35,985 nt of DNA from an uncultured Ruminococcus sp. Lineage in GTDB: Bacteria > Bacillota > Clostridia > Oscillospirales > CAG-272. The DNA lies in contig CAZUJY010000002.1 of NCBI GenBank assembly GCA_964620565.1, positions 1 through 35,985 of the forward strand, written 5' to 3'. The notes beneath the pieces were generated by a model. That model made no database searches, had not been told where the DNA came from, and saw nothing but the letters and a program-made list of their open reading frames with translations. Shown piece after piece: positions 10,201 through 17,363 of this stretch (positions are counted from its first letter, which is position 1; the number at the start of each line of letters is the position of its first letter). The translations under genes and the position numbers were made by a program.

Positions 10201-11537
10201 TCGAGACCGTGACAAACGGCAGAATATTCTCCTGTCAGAATATGGGAAATATTGAGGGCGACAGAAACGTCGGCGGTATTGCAGGCGTTATAGGTCTTGA
10301 ATATACCCTTGATCCCGAGGATGACGGCGAGGATGAGCTTACACTTACGCAGAAAAAGCAATATCAGCTGAAGGCTGTTATCCACGCATCGATAAATTCG
10401 GGCGCCGTTACGGCAAAATACGACTATGTCGGCGGTATTGCGGGCAAAATGGATATGGGGCTTATCTACGGAGCCGAGAGCTACGGCAGTATTGAGAGCC
10501 TTAAGGGTGACTATGTTGGCGGTATTGCAGGCATCAGCGCAGGACTTATCTCAAGCAGCTTTGCAAAATGCTCGCTGGGTGGCGACAAATACGTTGGAGG
10601 TGTAGTCGGCTCGGGTGTTAAGGAGAGCTATTCGGGTGACTCAAGCACCGTTAGAAACTGCTACACTATGGTTGAGATCACAAGATTTACCCAGTACGGC
10701 GGCGCTATCGCAGGTATAAATACCGGTAATTTCTTAGAGAACCTCTTTGTTTCGAACAGTCTTGCGGGAATCGACCGCATAAGCTATTCCGGTAAGGCAG
10801 AGCCTATCTCCTATGAGGATCTGGTCAAGAGAAGAATCATTCCCGACGGCTTTTACAGTATGACGCTGAGATTTGTGGCTGACGGTGTGGTTATCCACTC
10901 GGCAGAGTTCGAGTACGGCGCATCCTTCGATCAGTCGGTGTTCCCCGAGATCCCCGAGAAAGAGGGTCACTTCAGCAGATGGGACAGAACCGAGCTAAAC
11001 TGCCTTACCTTCGATACGACGGTAAATGCGGTCTATTACCCATACGTCAGCTCCATCGTAAGCGAGGAGGAGCGTGAGGGCGGCAGAAATGTTTTCTTCG
11101 TTATCGGACAGTTTACCGACACCGATTCGCTTACCGTTGAAAAGGGCTGTGACACCTCGGGACTTGTGCCCGAAGAAAATCTTATCACCAAGGGAGAGCT
11201 TGTGGAGAGCTGGCGCATAACTATTCCCAGCGACGGCCTTGACACAAATAATATCCACTTCCTGCCCGAAGGCGAGAACGCGGTGATCTACCTTAAGACC
11301 GACGGAATCTGGACCAAGGTGGATGCGAAGGAATTCGGCAGCTATCTTACCTTTGACGCAAAGGGTGACGTTGTTGAGATCGCTGTGGTTGAGGAGTCGC
11401 TTAATATCAGCATTGAGCTGATCATCTGCGTCGCTTTGATACTTGTGCAGACGGTAATCATCATCTGCATCGTAGCAAAGGTCAGAAGAGATAAGAAAAA
11501 GGCTCAGGGCGGTGAAAAGGCCACCGCAAAGAAATAG
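7203..11537 (+). CDS. Giant cell-surface protein: signal peptide, GLUG-like GGIAG repeats, ~650-aa helical LxxG-heptad spacer, second GGIAG block, Listeria/Bacteroides-type repeat, C-terminal TM anchor
   Basis: ATG at 7203 lies 9 nt after GGAGG; the track ATG at 7194 abuts the RBS. The signal peptide is KKIISLLLSLSLVFLISAPLFSPIISYAAAE. There are about 9 N-terminal and about 5 C-terminal [VI]GG[IV][AV]G repeats. PEKEGHFSRWD resembles the Flg_new repeat. The C-terminus has a TM segment (LIICVALILVQTVIIICIVA) followed by a basic tail. The gene overlaps the MMPL stop codon by 11 nt. Confidence 0.75.
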   Translation: MKNNKKIISLLLSLSLVFLISAPLFSPIISYAAAETIYIESAEDLMELSHKCSYDAWSVGKTVVLTKDISLEGLDFKPIPSFSGTFDGDGHTISGLNVSGAYCPAGFISTLEEEGEVKNLTISGVVSPQGDKGCVGGIVGDNYGKITDSRFIGTVVGSSDVGGIAGINELSGSISDCSASGEIVGENRVGGIAGTNNGIISSAKNEAKVNTVAVNSSLTLDEINLSLTLDITKLPSFKSGSVNDIGGVAGYSTGIILGCSNEGRVGYPHVGYNVGGIAGRSNGHISSCQNLAEVLGRKDVGGIAGQMEPHISYTLSEDLLAELKAELDEMSSVIDGAASSTGGGIPTISARLDSILESLDGASDSLNILINNGTEYGDQFIGEINRLGEILDEVISQLSGITSDVPTLSTLIGNSFEKLESALGSLEEISAIGQDALIDLKDASDDASAAFGNISDSITAIEAGLSSLQNSLEIKDKAQAEAALDTILGGLSELTEGFDSLTTALEDVNSVLGNAAWVDDGIGQLSELVKIFGDVTDSIAEIYDATTVIKENLDINWNKFTEAGSSLSDAVGHFAEAARGLADAMALMDRGLSKISDGLDKLSYAVSIKDAAAVEGAMQEIGAGFEELIAASAKVSEALADISDIIAELEAGGNLSDLFGDAADAIGRLATAGGESSSALIKLWGGVSTLIDNLEIDYDMISEGGGLIVGGLDDVTESLGKISTAADALADGMTSLDNAIKAIEEAVSIKDEAALQSALDEAYTSLGKIIDSMQQLAAVLKEVTDTLEEAKLWGDELISAMGGVTKGLSEMSDGLITLRDGVDLLRQNISFDPDEAEAGLDHIRLGLVKMADAALNIEELFGHLSDALDTIYEAGDTLPSAIDDLEGAVGYLANAMALLSSMSEKIDALVGYLDGVDPIQLPTPSAAITEEANKLFIYISAIENELKALNSDITSLSSDLVERVGRLNVIMTKISETIVDTIYGIDDGELIDTSVAESEIETVTNGRIFSCQNMGNIEGDRNVGGIAGVIGLEYTLDPEDDGEDELTLTQKKQYQLKAVIHASINSGAVTAKYDYVGGIAGKMDMGLIYGAESYGSIESLKGDYVGGIAGISAGLISSSFAKCSLGGDKYVGGVVGSGVKESYSGDSSTVRNCYTMVEITRFTQYGGAIAGINTGNFLENLFVSNSLAGIDRISYSGKAEPISYEDLVKRRIIPDGFYSMTLRFVADGVVIHSAEFEYGASFDQSVFPEIPEKEGHFSRWDRTELNCLTFDTTVNAVYYPYVSSIVSEEEREGGRNVFFVIGQFTDTDSLTVEKGCDTSGLVPEENLITKGELVESWRITIPSDGLDTNNIHFLPEGENAVIYLKTDGIWTKVDAKEFGSYLTFDAKGDVVEIAVVEESLNISIELIICVALILVQTVIIICIVAKVRRDKKKAQGGEKATAKK

Positions 11538-11551
11538 TAAAACAAAAAATG

Positions 11552-11583
11552 ACCGCCGCAGAAAGCTCTGCGGCGGTTTTGTT
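11552..11583. terminator. Bidirectional intrinsic terminator
   Basis: CCGCCGCAG-AAAGCT-CTGCGGCGG with an A-tract upstream and TTTTGTT downstream. It lies between convergent genes. Confidence 0.8.
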
Positions 11584-11590
11584 ATCTAAA

Positions 11591-12943
11591 TTATTTATTG
11601 AACAGCGAAATAAGATATACCTCGCCCTGCTTTACCGACAGGATAAGTCTTGCGGAGGACACGTCCACATCCTTCGAGCGATAGACAGAGCCCTTACCAC
11701 GGCTGCCGCCCGGAGTGGTCTTTGTAACCGTGCAGGTGTTGTAGGGGGATGAGGTGAGGATGATCTCCAGCTTACCCTCATAGCCACGGGTAACCAACAT
11801 GATAGCTCCCTCGTCGCTTCCAACAGCGGCAAGAGTATACAGCTCCTTTCGGCTATCGTCACCGGTATCAATAGCTGTACCCAGCTTATAGAGCTTTGAG
11901 AAATTACACATTACGCTGTATGCTGCGTAGTGATGAGGGGTGGTGTGGTCGTCCATGGAGAACAGAGCGTTTTCTCTCGAATAAGCGTCCGAGCAGGAGT
12001 ACATCAGCATATCCGCAGAGCTTTTCTGCGCCATTATCAGCGCTGCGCCAAGCTCGGAGGGCAGGCTCTCACGAAGGGCGGGAGGTGTGCCGCCACGGTC
12101 GACGGTATTATACTCACAGATAATGCTCCTGGTACGGCGCAGACCTGCATTGTCAAGATAGCTTCTTGCATATCTTGCGTGAAGCGCCAGCTCCTCGGGG
12201 CTGGAGGTGTAGCATGCCCAGGTGAAGAAGTCGAGAGGCGCCTCGGTCTCAGGCTTGGTTATGTAGGAGAAAAACTGCTGCATAAAGGGCACGTAGCTCT
12301 TCATCTCCTCGCTGGAATTAAGTCTGTTCAGCGAATAGAAGCCACGGGCTCCGTATGCGCCGATCTTTATTCTTGGGAAGCGCTCTCTCAGGTGATTTGC
12401 GGTGATGCGGTAAAGCTCAAAATACTCGGTTCTGTCCCCTGCCCAGCACTCGGGAGTGTCGGGAGCAGACCATATTTCCCAATACTTTATACCCATCTTA
12501 AAGCCGTTTGCCCAGCCCTCGTTATAGTGCATAACGATATGCTCGCAGATCCTCGCCCACTTTTCCTTGTCCTTTGGAGGACGGGCATAGAGCTTACGTG
12601 CATAGGGCTCTCTGCTCTCACCAAGACGGAAGAAGATGCCTGCGCCCGTGTTGCGAATGGATGCAAGATAAAGGTCTGTGGGAAGGAAGTTGTATGACTC
12701 CTCAAGGCTCTCGTCTGCATCAAAATCGGGAAAAATGCAATGGATATTTACGTACTGATTATGTCCGTACTCACCTGCCGAGCCTGCGGTACGTACAAGC
12801 GGAACACCCATCTCACAAAACTCGTCGCTGAAGTCAAAGGGCAGATCGTACCCGCCCGAGCGAGGGCCGCCATTTATACATCCGAGAGGCTTTATCCTGC
12901 CGCTTTTTTTCTCAAAATCTACTCTTATCTCCTTTTTCTGCAT
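11591..12943 (-). CDS. Glycoside hydrolase family 39-like protein (cytoplasmic; acid/base Glu not conserved)
   Basis: Collinear with GH39 beta-xylosidase motifs recalled from memory. PPKDKEKW matches PPKDYEKW. WEIWSAPDTPECW matches FEIWNEPNLKEFW. EYFELYRITANHLRE matches EYFKLYKVTAKAIKE. IICEYNT matches the nucleophile motif HITEYNT. No signal peptide. Confidence 0.75.
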   Translation of the reverse strand: MQKKEIRVDFEKKSGRIKPLGCINGGPRSGGYDLPFDFSDEFCEMGVPLVRTAGSAGEYGHNQYVNIHCIFPDFDADESLEESYNFLPTDLYLASIRNTGAGIFFRLGESREPYARKLYARPPKDKEKWARICEHIVMHYNEGWANGFKMGIKYWEIWSAPDTPECWAGDRTEYFELYRITANHLRERFPRIKIGAYGARGFYSLNRLNSSEEMKSYVPFMQQFFSYITKPETEAPLDFFTWACYTSSPEELALHARYARSYLDNAGLRRTRSIICEYNTVDRGGTPPALRESLPSELGAALIMAQKSSADMLMYSCSDAYSRENALFSMDDHTTPHHYAAYSVMCNFSKLYKLGTAIDTGDDSRKELYTLAAVGSDEGAIMLVTRGYEGKLEIILTSSPYNTCTVTKTTPGGSRGKGSVYRSKDVDVSSARLILSVKQGEVYLISLFNK

Positions 12944-12972
12944 AACACGTCGCCTTTCTGTTTTCTATAATT

Positions 12973-13002
12973 ATTTTATCAAAGTTTAAGGTGCTTTGTC
13001 AA
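12973..13002 (-). promoter_or_regulatory. Promoter for the GH39-like gene
   Basis: On the minus strand: TTGACA, 18-nt spacer, TAAAAT, with an upstream TG (TGATAAAAT). Confidence 0.45.
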
Positions 13003-13065
13003 GGGCTTTACCGTGGGATAATATAGCTTTTTTAACGGATTTTTGTCAAAAGGCTTCTTTTGTTA

Positions 13066-13094
13066 TTGCAAAATCATCATAGATTTGATATAAT
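13066..13094 (+). promoter_or_regulatory. Sigma-A-type promoter for the nuclease gene
   Basis: TTGCAA, 17-nt spacer, TATAAT. Confidence 0.55.
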
Positions 13095-13122
13095 AATATC
13101 AACCTTTTTCTGGAGGATACTG

Positions 13123-14118
13123 ATGAAGTACAGATTTAACCTGAGAATTGTGGCTTTACTGATAACCGTCGTAATGCTGCTGTCGCTGCTCTGCAGCTGT
13201 AAGCCTGTCATCGGGCTTGACGAAATTCCCGAATATTCGGGCAGGGCATACGTTGAAATTAACGGCGGCGAGCCCTTCTTCACAGAGGATGAGATAACCA
13301 CCGAGGCATTTGAAAGCTATGCGCCCCTTGATGCTCTCGGGCGGTGCGGCGTGGCATTCGCCTGCATCGGAATAGAGCTTATGCCCACCGAGGAGAGAGA
13401 TGATATCAGCTCGGTAACACCGTCGGGCTGGGAGTACAACGGTATTTCCAATAATAACGAGTACGACTTTGTGGAAAACGGCTACGTTTACAACCGCTGT
13501 CACCTTATCGGCTTTCAGCTGGCGGGAGAGAACGCCAATGAGCGTAATCTCATCACCGGCACAAGATACCTGAATATAGAGGGTATGCTGCCCTTTGAGA
13601 ATGAGGTTGCCGACTACGTTGAGACCTATGAAAGACACGTGATGTACCGTGTCACACCTATTTATGCAGGGCTTGACTTTGTGGCTCAGGGTGTGCTTAT
13701 GGAGGCGTATTCGGTTGAGGATGACGGACGCGGGGTCTGCTTCTGTATCTTCGCATACAACGTTCAGCCGGGTGTGACCATCGACTACTTTACAGGCGCC
13801 AACGCAGCAAACGGTGAGGAGCTGCCTGAGATCGACACCGAGGGTGACGACAAACTTAACGGTGGAGAGGGCGGCGAAAACGACACAGGTGACGGCAGCG
13901 CAAACGAGGGTGGCACAGATGGTGACGGTACCGAAGGCGGCAGTGACGTTAACCCCGAGGAAGCCGACTACGTGCTTAACATAAACAGCAAGAAATATCA
14001 TCTCCCGGGCAAGAGCTGTGCCGAGAGTATCAAGGAAGAAAACCGAGAATATTTTATCGGCACGAAGGAAGAAATCGAGGCAAAAGGCTACATCGCCTGC
14101 AAGATTTGTAATCCATAG
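13123..14118 (+). CDS. Secreted (probable lipoprotein) DNA/RNA non-specific endonuclease, Sda1/Spd/EndA-like, with a C-terminal Cys/His zinc-ribbon-like domain
   Basis: ATG at 13123 follows a GGAGGA RBS. The signal sequence carries a Cys (MKYRFNLRIVALLITVVMLLSLLCSCKP). The nuclease core NRCHLIGFQLAGENANERNLITGTRYLN...FE..V..Y matches the Endonuclease_NS_2-type motif from memory. A Gly/Asp/Glu/Thr-rich linker follows, then YVLNINSKKYHLPGKSC...GYIACKICNP. Confidence 0.7.
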   Translation: MKYRFNLRIVALLITVVMLLSLLCSCKPVIGLDEIPEYSGRAYVEINGGEPFFTEDEITTEAFESYAPLDALGRCGVAFACIGIELMPTEERDDISSVTPSGWEYNGISNNNEYDFVENGYVYNRCHLIGFQLAGENANERNLITGTRYLNIEGMLPFENEVADYVETYERHVMYRVTPIYAGLDFVAQGVLMEAYSVEDDGRGVCFCIFAYNVQPGVTIDYFTGANAANGEELPEIDTEGDDKLNGGEGGENDTGDGSANEGGTDGDGTEGGSDVNPEEADYVLNINSKKYHLPGKSCAESIKEENREYFIGTKEEIEAKGYIACKICNP

Positions 14119-14191
14119 TTTACATATTTGAAAAAATCGAGCCTTTGAAAGAGCTTTTTTGCAAAGGTATTCAGAAAAAAGCGAGGTTGGT

Positions 14192-15184
14192 ATGACAGAG
14201 CGTGACAGGGTAAAATTTGAAAGACTTGCCGATATATTCAAGAGAAATTTCAGGGTCACAAGGCTTTATTCGGGCTATCTTGAGCAGTGTCCCGAGGCTA
14301 TAAGCAAGGAAATGATCCACACCTTGACAGCCGATGGAGAAATATCTCAAACAGCGGCGATCTCCGCACTTCTCTCAGAGATATTCGGCCTCGACTTTGA
14401 CAAGCCCGAGGACAGACGGATCATTATGGATTACATCACTCCGTCTATCAGGCTTCTTGACACGGGAAAGTATACCGAAAACCCCTACTATAAAAACATC
14501 TCCCTTGAGAGCGTCAAGGACGGCAGCTGGGAGATACGCCCGGAGGAGTACAAGCCCTATCAGGCTGTGATCTGCCACGATATGATAATTAACGATGATT
14601 TTACCGAGCTCCCTCCCCTCGGCTTCTTTACCGAGAGCTTCCGCTTCCCTGCCATTCTGGAAGACGGAAACGAGTGGATGACGCTTACGCCCGTGGATCT
14701 TGACACCTGCGAGGAGGCTATCGAAAAAGCTCACGGAAGGGTGGTTACCTTTGGTCTCGGTCTTGGCTACTACGCCTATATGGCGTCCGAAAAGGATGAG
14801 GTTGAATCGGTGACGGTGGTGGAGCTGTCGGAGGATGTCATCCGTCTATTCAAGGAGCATATCCTTCCTAAGATGCCCAACGCCCACAAGATAAAAATCG
14901 TCAGATCTGACGCATTTGAATACGCCGAAAGGGTTATGCCGAGGGAGAATTTTGATATAGCATTTGTGGACACCTGGCGTGATGCGGGCGACGGCGCTCC
15001 TATGTATAAGAGGATGAAGGCTCTGGAGAGCCTGTCCCCCGATACCGAGTTTCTCTACTGGGTCGAGGGCTTCCTTCGCTCAAGAGTGAGGGCGGAAAAA
15101 TTCTGCGATCTCTACGAGGAGTATGAAAAGGGAGAGCTTTCTCTAAGCTACGGGGAGATCGAAGAGGAGCTTCGGAATATATAA
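14192..15184 (+). CDS. Class-I SAM-methyltransferase / spermidine-synthase-fold protein with an uncharacterised N-terminal domain
   Basis: ATG at 14192. Motif I is VVTFGLGLGYYAY. Acidic motif II is VTVVELSEDV. RSDAFEY and FDIAFVDTWRD follow, in a Rossmann-type MTase order. There is no DPPY/NPPY or PCQ DNA-MTase motif. Confidence 0.5.
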   Translation: MTERDRVKFERLADIFKRNFRVTRLYSGYLEQCPEAISKEMIHTLTADGEISQTAAISALLSEIFGLDFDKPEDRRIIMDYITPSIRLLDTGKYTENPYYKNISLESVKDGSWEIRPEEYKPYQAVICHDMIINDDFTELPPLGFFTESFRFPAILEDGNEWMTLTPVDLDTCEEAIEKAHGRVVTFGLGLGYYAYMASEKDEVESVTVVELSEDVIRLFKEHILPKMPNAHKIKIVRSDAFEYAERVMPRENFDIAFVDTWRDAGDGAPMYKRMKALESLSPDTEFLYWVEGFLRSRVRAEKFCDLYEEYEKGELSLSYGEIEEELRNI

Positions 15185-15332
15185 ATTATCAAAGAAAAAA
15201 GGCTTAAAACGCCTGAATTTCGGGTATTTTCAAGTATTTTCTGCCAAAATTTCGCACAGAGCCGCAATTTAACCATAGTTAAGGTGTGTAAAATATAATA
15301 AAAATAGAATCAAATCTTTTTTTGGAGGACTT

Positions 15333-16004
15333 ATGAGAATATTATTTGCTGAGGACGAAAGATCGCTGTCAAAGGCGGTCGTCGCACTGCTTGAAAAGAA
15401 TAATTACTCGGTGGATGCCGTATACGACGGCGAGGAGGCTCTTGAGTATATTGAGGGCGGCAATTACGATGCCGTGATCCTCGATATTATGATGCCCAAG
15501 CGTGACGGTATCAGCGTGCTTCGTGAGATGAGAGCACGCGGACACAGTATTCCCGTTCTCATTCTGTCCGCCAAGGCAGAGGTCGACGACAAGGTGCTTG
15601 GACTTGATTTGGGCGCTAACGACTATCTCACAAAGCCCTTCTCTGTGAAGGAGCTGCTTGCAAGAATAAGAGCTATGACCAGAAGCGGCGAGGGTCAGGT
15701 GGACTCCAAGCTGAAGTTCGGTGAGCTTACCCTTGATCTTGCCACATACGAGCTTTACGGCAGCGGCGGATCCTTTAAGCTTGCGAACAAGGAATTTCAG
15801 ATGATGGAAATGCTGATGCGCAATCCCGGTCACCTTATCTCCACCGAGAGATTTATGGAGAAGATCTGGGGATATGACAGCGAGGCTGAGATCAATATTG
15901 TGTGGGTATATATTTCCTATCTGAGAAAAAAGCTGCTTATGACCGGCGCGGGAGTGCAGATAAAGGCGCATAGAAACTCCGGCTATTCGCTGGAAAAGAT
16001 CTGA
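15333..16004 (+). CDS. OmpR-family response regulator
   Basis: Receiver domain (MRILFAEDE...DAVILDIMMPKRDG...LILSAK) plus a winged-helix C-terminus (...IVWVYISYLRKKL...HRNSGYSL). Confidence 0.9.
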   Translation: MRILFAEDERSLSKAVVALLEKNNYSVDAVYDGEEALEYIEGGNYDAVILDIMMPKRDGISVLREMRARGHSIPVLILSAKAEVDDKVLGLDLGANDYLTKPFSVKELLARIRAMTRSGEGQVDSKLKFGELTLDLATYELYGSGGSFKLANKEFQMMEMLMRNPGHLISTERFMEKIWGYDSEAEINIVWVYISYLRKKLLMTGAGVQIKAHRNSGYSLEKI

Positions 16005-16005
16005 T

Positions 16006-17211
16006 ATGTTAAAAAAGCTTAAAAGCAAGTTTATTTTAGCCGCACTGGTGGCTATATCCATCGGTATCGGTCTCATAATCGGTATTATCAATATTATTAA
16101 CTTCCGTACCGTAATTCTGGATGCGGACGATATGCTGATGCTGATAGAGAAAAACTCGGGTAAGCTGCCTATCAAGCCCGAGGATATGCCTCCCGATCTT
16201 GATATTGAGATCACCCCCGAGTCGCCTTATGAGTGGAGATACTTTACGGTAACATACAGGGATGGACGTCTGCCTGCGGCGAATACCTCCAACATTGCCG
16301 CCGTTAACAATGAGACGGCTATAAATATGGCGAATACGGTTATGAAGACTGACAGGAGCAAGGGCTTTTTAGGTCAGTACCGCTATTTTGTCAACGAAGA
16401 GCCCGATCAGACCGAAATATTTTTCCTCGACTGTCAAAGGTCGCTTAACAATGCAACCACCTTCCTTGTAGTAAGTATTGCTGTTTCGGCTCTGAGTATT
16501 TTTATTATTCTGCTTTTACTGTGGATCATGGCGGAGAGGATAGTTAAGCCTATGTCCGACAGCTACGAGAAGCAGAAGCAATTTATCACCGACGCAGGTC
16601 ACGATATTAAAACTCCCATCACCATTATCGACGCAGACGCAGAGCTACTGGAGATGGAAGTAGGTGAAAACGAGTGGCTTTCAGATATAAAGAAGCAGAC
16701 CACAAGGCTGGCCTCACTGACGGGAGATCTTATCTATCTCTCCAGAATGGAGGAGACCGAGAGCGTGCCTCACGGAGACTTCCCTATCTCCGATCTGATA
16801 GAGGAGGTTGTAAGCTCCTTCGCTTCGCTTGCGAAAACCAAGGCAATTAAGATCAATGCAAGCATTCCTCCCGCCGTATATTACTATGGCGACGAGAATT
16901 CGGTGAGGAAGCTGATGACGGTTCTGCTGGATAACGCTATCAAGTATTCAGCCGAGGGCGAGCAGGTGGATCTGTCGCTTAAAAAGGTAGGAAAGCTTAT
17001 TACTCTTAAGATCTCAAACCCCGCACCTCAGCTTGACTCCGAGACGGTAAAGCGTATGTTCGACCGTTTCTATCGCTCGGACAAGTCAAGATCCTCGGGC
17101 GGAGGATTTGGAATAGGACTGTCGGTTGCAAGCGCAATCGTCGCCGCCCACAAGGGTAAAATCACCGCTGAAAAGCTGGGGGATTTGCTGACTATTGAGA
17201 TAATTATGTAA
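16006..17211 (+). CDS. Sensor histidine kinase (2 TM, HisKA + HATPase_c)
   Basis: H-box FITDAGHDIKTPIT, N-box LLDNAIKYS, G-boxes FDRFYRSD and GGFGIGLSV. The start is 1 nt after the regulator stop. Confidence 0.9.
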   Translation: MLKKLKSKFILAALVAISIGIGLIIGIINIINFRTVILDADDMLMLIEKNSGKLPIKPEDMPPDLDIEITPESPYEWRYFTVTYRDGRLPAANTSNIAAVNNETAINMANTVMKTDRSKGFLGQYRYFVNEEPDQTEIFFLDCQRSLNNATTFLVVSIAVSALSIFIILLLLWIMAERIVKPMSDSYEKQKQFITDAGHDIKTPITIIDADAELLEMEVGENEWLSDIKKQTTRLASLTGDLIYLSRMEETESVPHGDFPISDLIEEVVSSFASLAKTKAIKINASIPPAVYYYGDENSVRKLMTVLLDNAIKYSAEGEQVDLSLKKVGKLITLKISNPAPQLDSETVKRMFDRFYRSDKSRSSGGGFGIGLSVASAIVAAHKGKITAEKLGDLLTIEIIM

Positions 17212-17214
17212 TCA

Positions 17215-17265
17215 AAAAGCCGCTTTTGGTAAACTTTTGTTTGCTTTATGCGGCTTTTTGTTCTT
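17215..17265 (+). terminator. Intrinsic terminator after the two-component operon
   Basis: AAAAGCCGC ... GCGGCTTTTTG with an inner GTAAAC/GTTTGC extension, followed by a T-rich tract. Confidence 0.65.
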
Positions 17266-17302
17266 TTTTTATCTATTTTTGGTGTTTTTTTCAAAAAGGA
17301 TA

Positions 17303-17331
17303 TTGACCTAAAGAATAATTTATTATATAAT
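17303..17331 (+). promoter_or_regulatory. Sigma-A-type promoter
   Basis: TTGACC, 17-nt spacer, TATAAT. Its position argues that the downstream CDS starts at 17364 rather than 17334. Confidence 0.55.
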
Positions 17332-17363
17332 TAATGAAGAAAAGATCAGGAAGGAAATTCAGT

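Noticed and set aside
11930-12697. 255-aa plus-strand ORF inside the GH39-like gene; similarly 15369..16214 (-) across the response regulator/kinase genes, 32250..33101 (+) across rimO, and 82..366 (+) across gdhA
   Set aside because: All are antisense to genes with strong family motifs. None has recognisable motifs or translation signals.
13156-14259. 367-aa ORF on the minus strand spanning the nuclease gene
   Set aside because: It is antisense to a gene with clear nuclease motifs, a promoter and an RBS. Its composition is Val/Cys/Leu/Thr-rich, with no RBS and no recognisable motifs. It is a shadow ORF.
13123-15184. Nuclease plus adjacent methyltransferase-fold gene as a restriction-modification or defence pair
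   Set aside because: The nuclease carries a secretion/lipoprotein signal and belongs to the non-specific extracellular type. The MTase-fold protein lacks DNA-methyltransferase catalytic motifs ((D/N/S)PP(Y/F/W) or PCQ).
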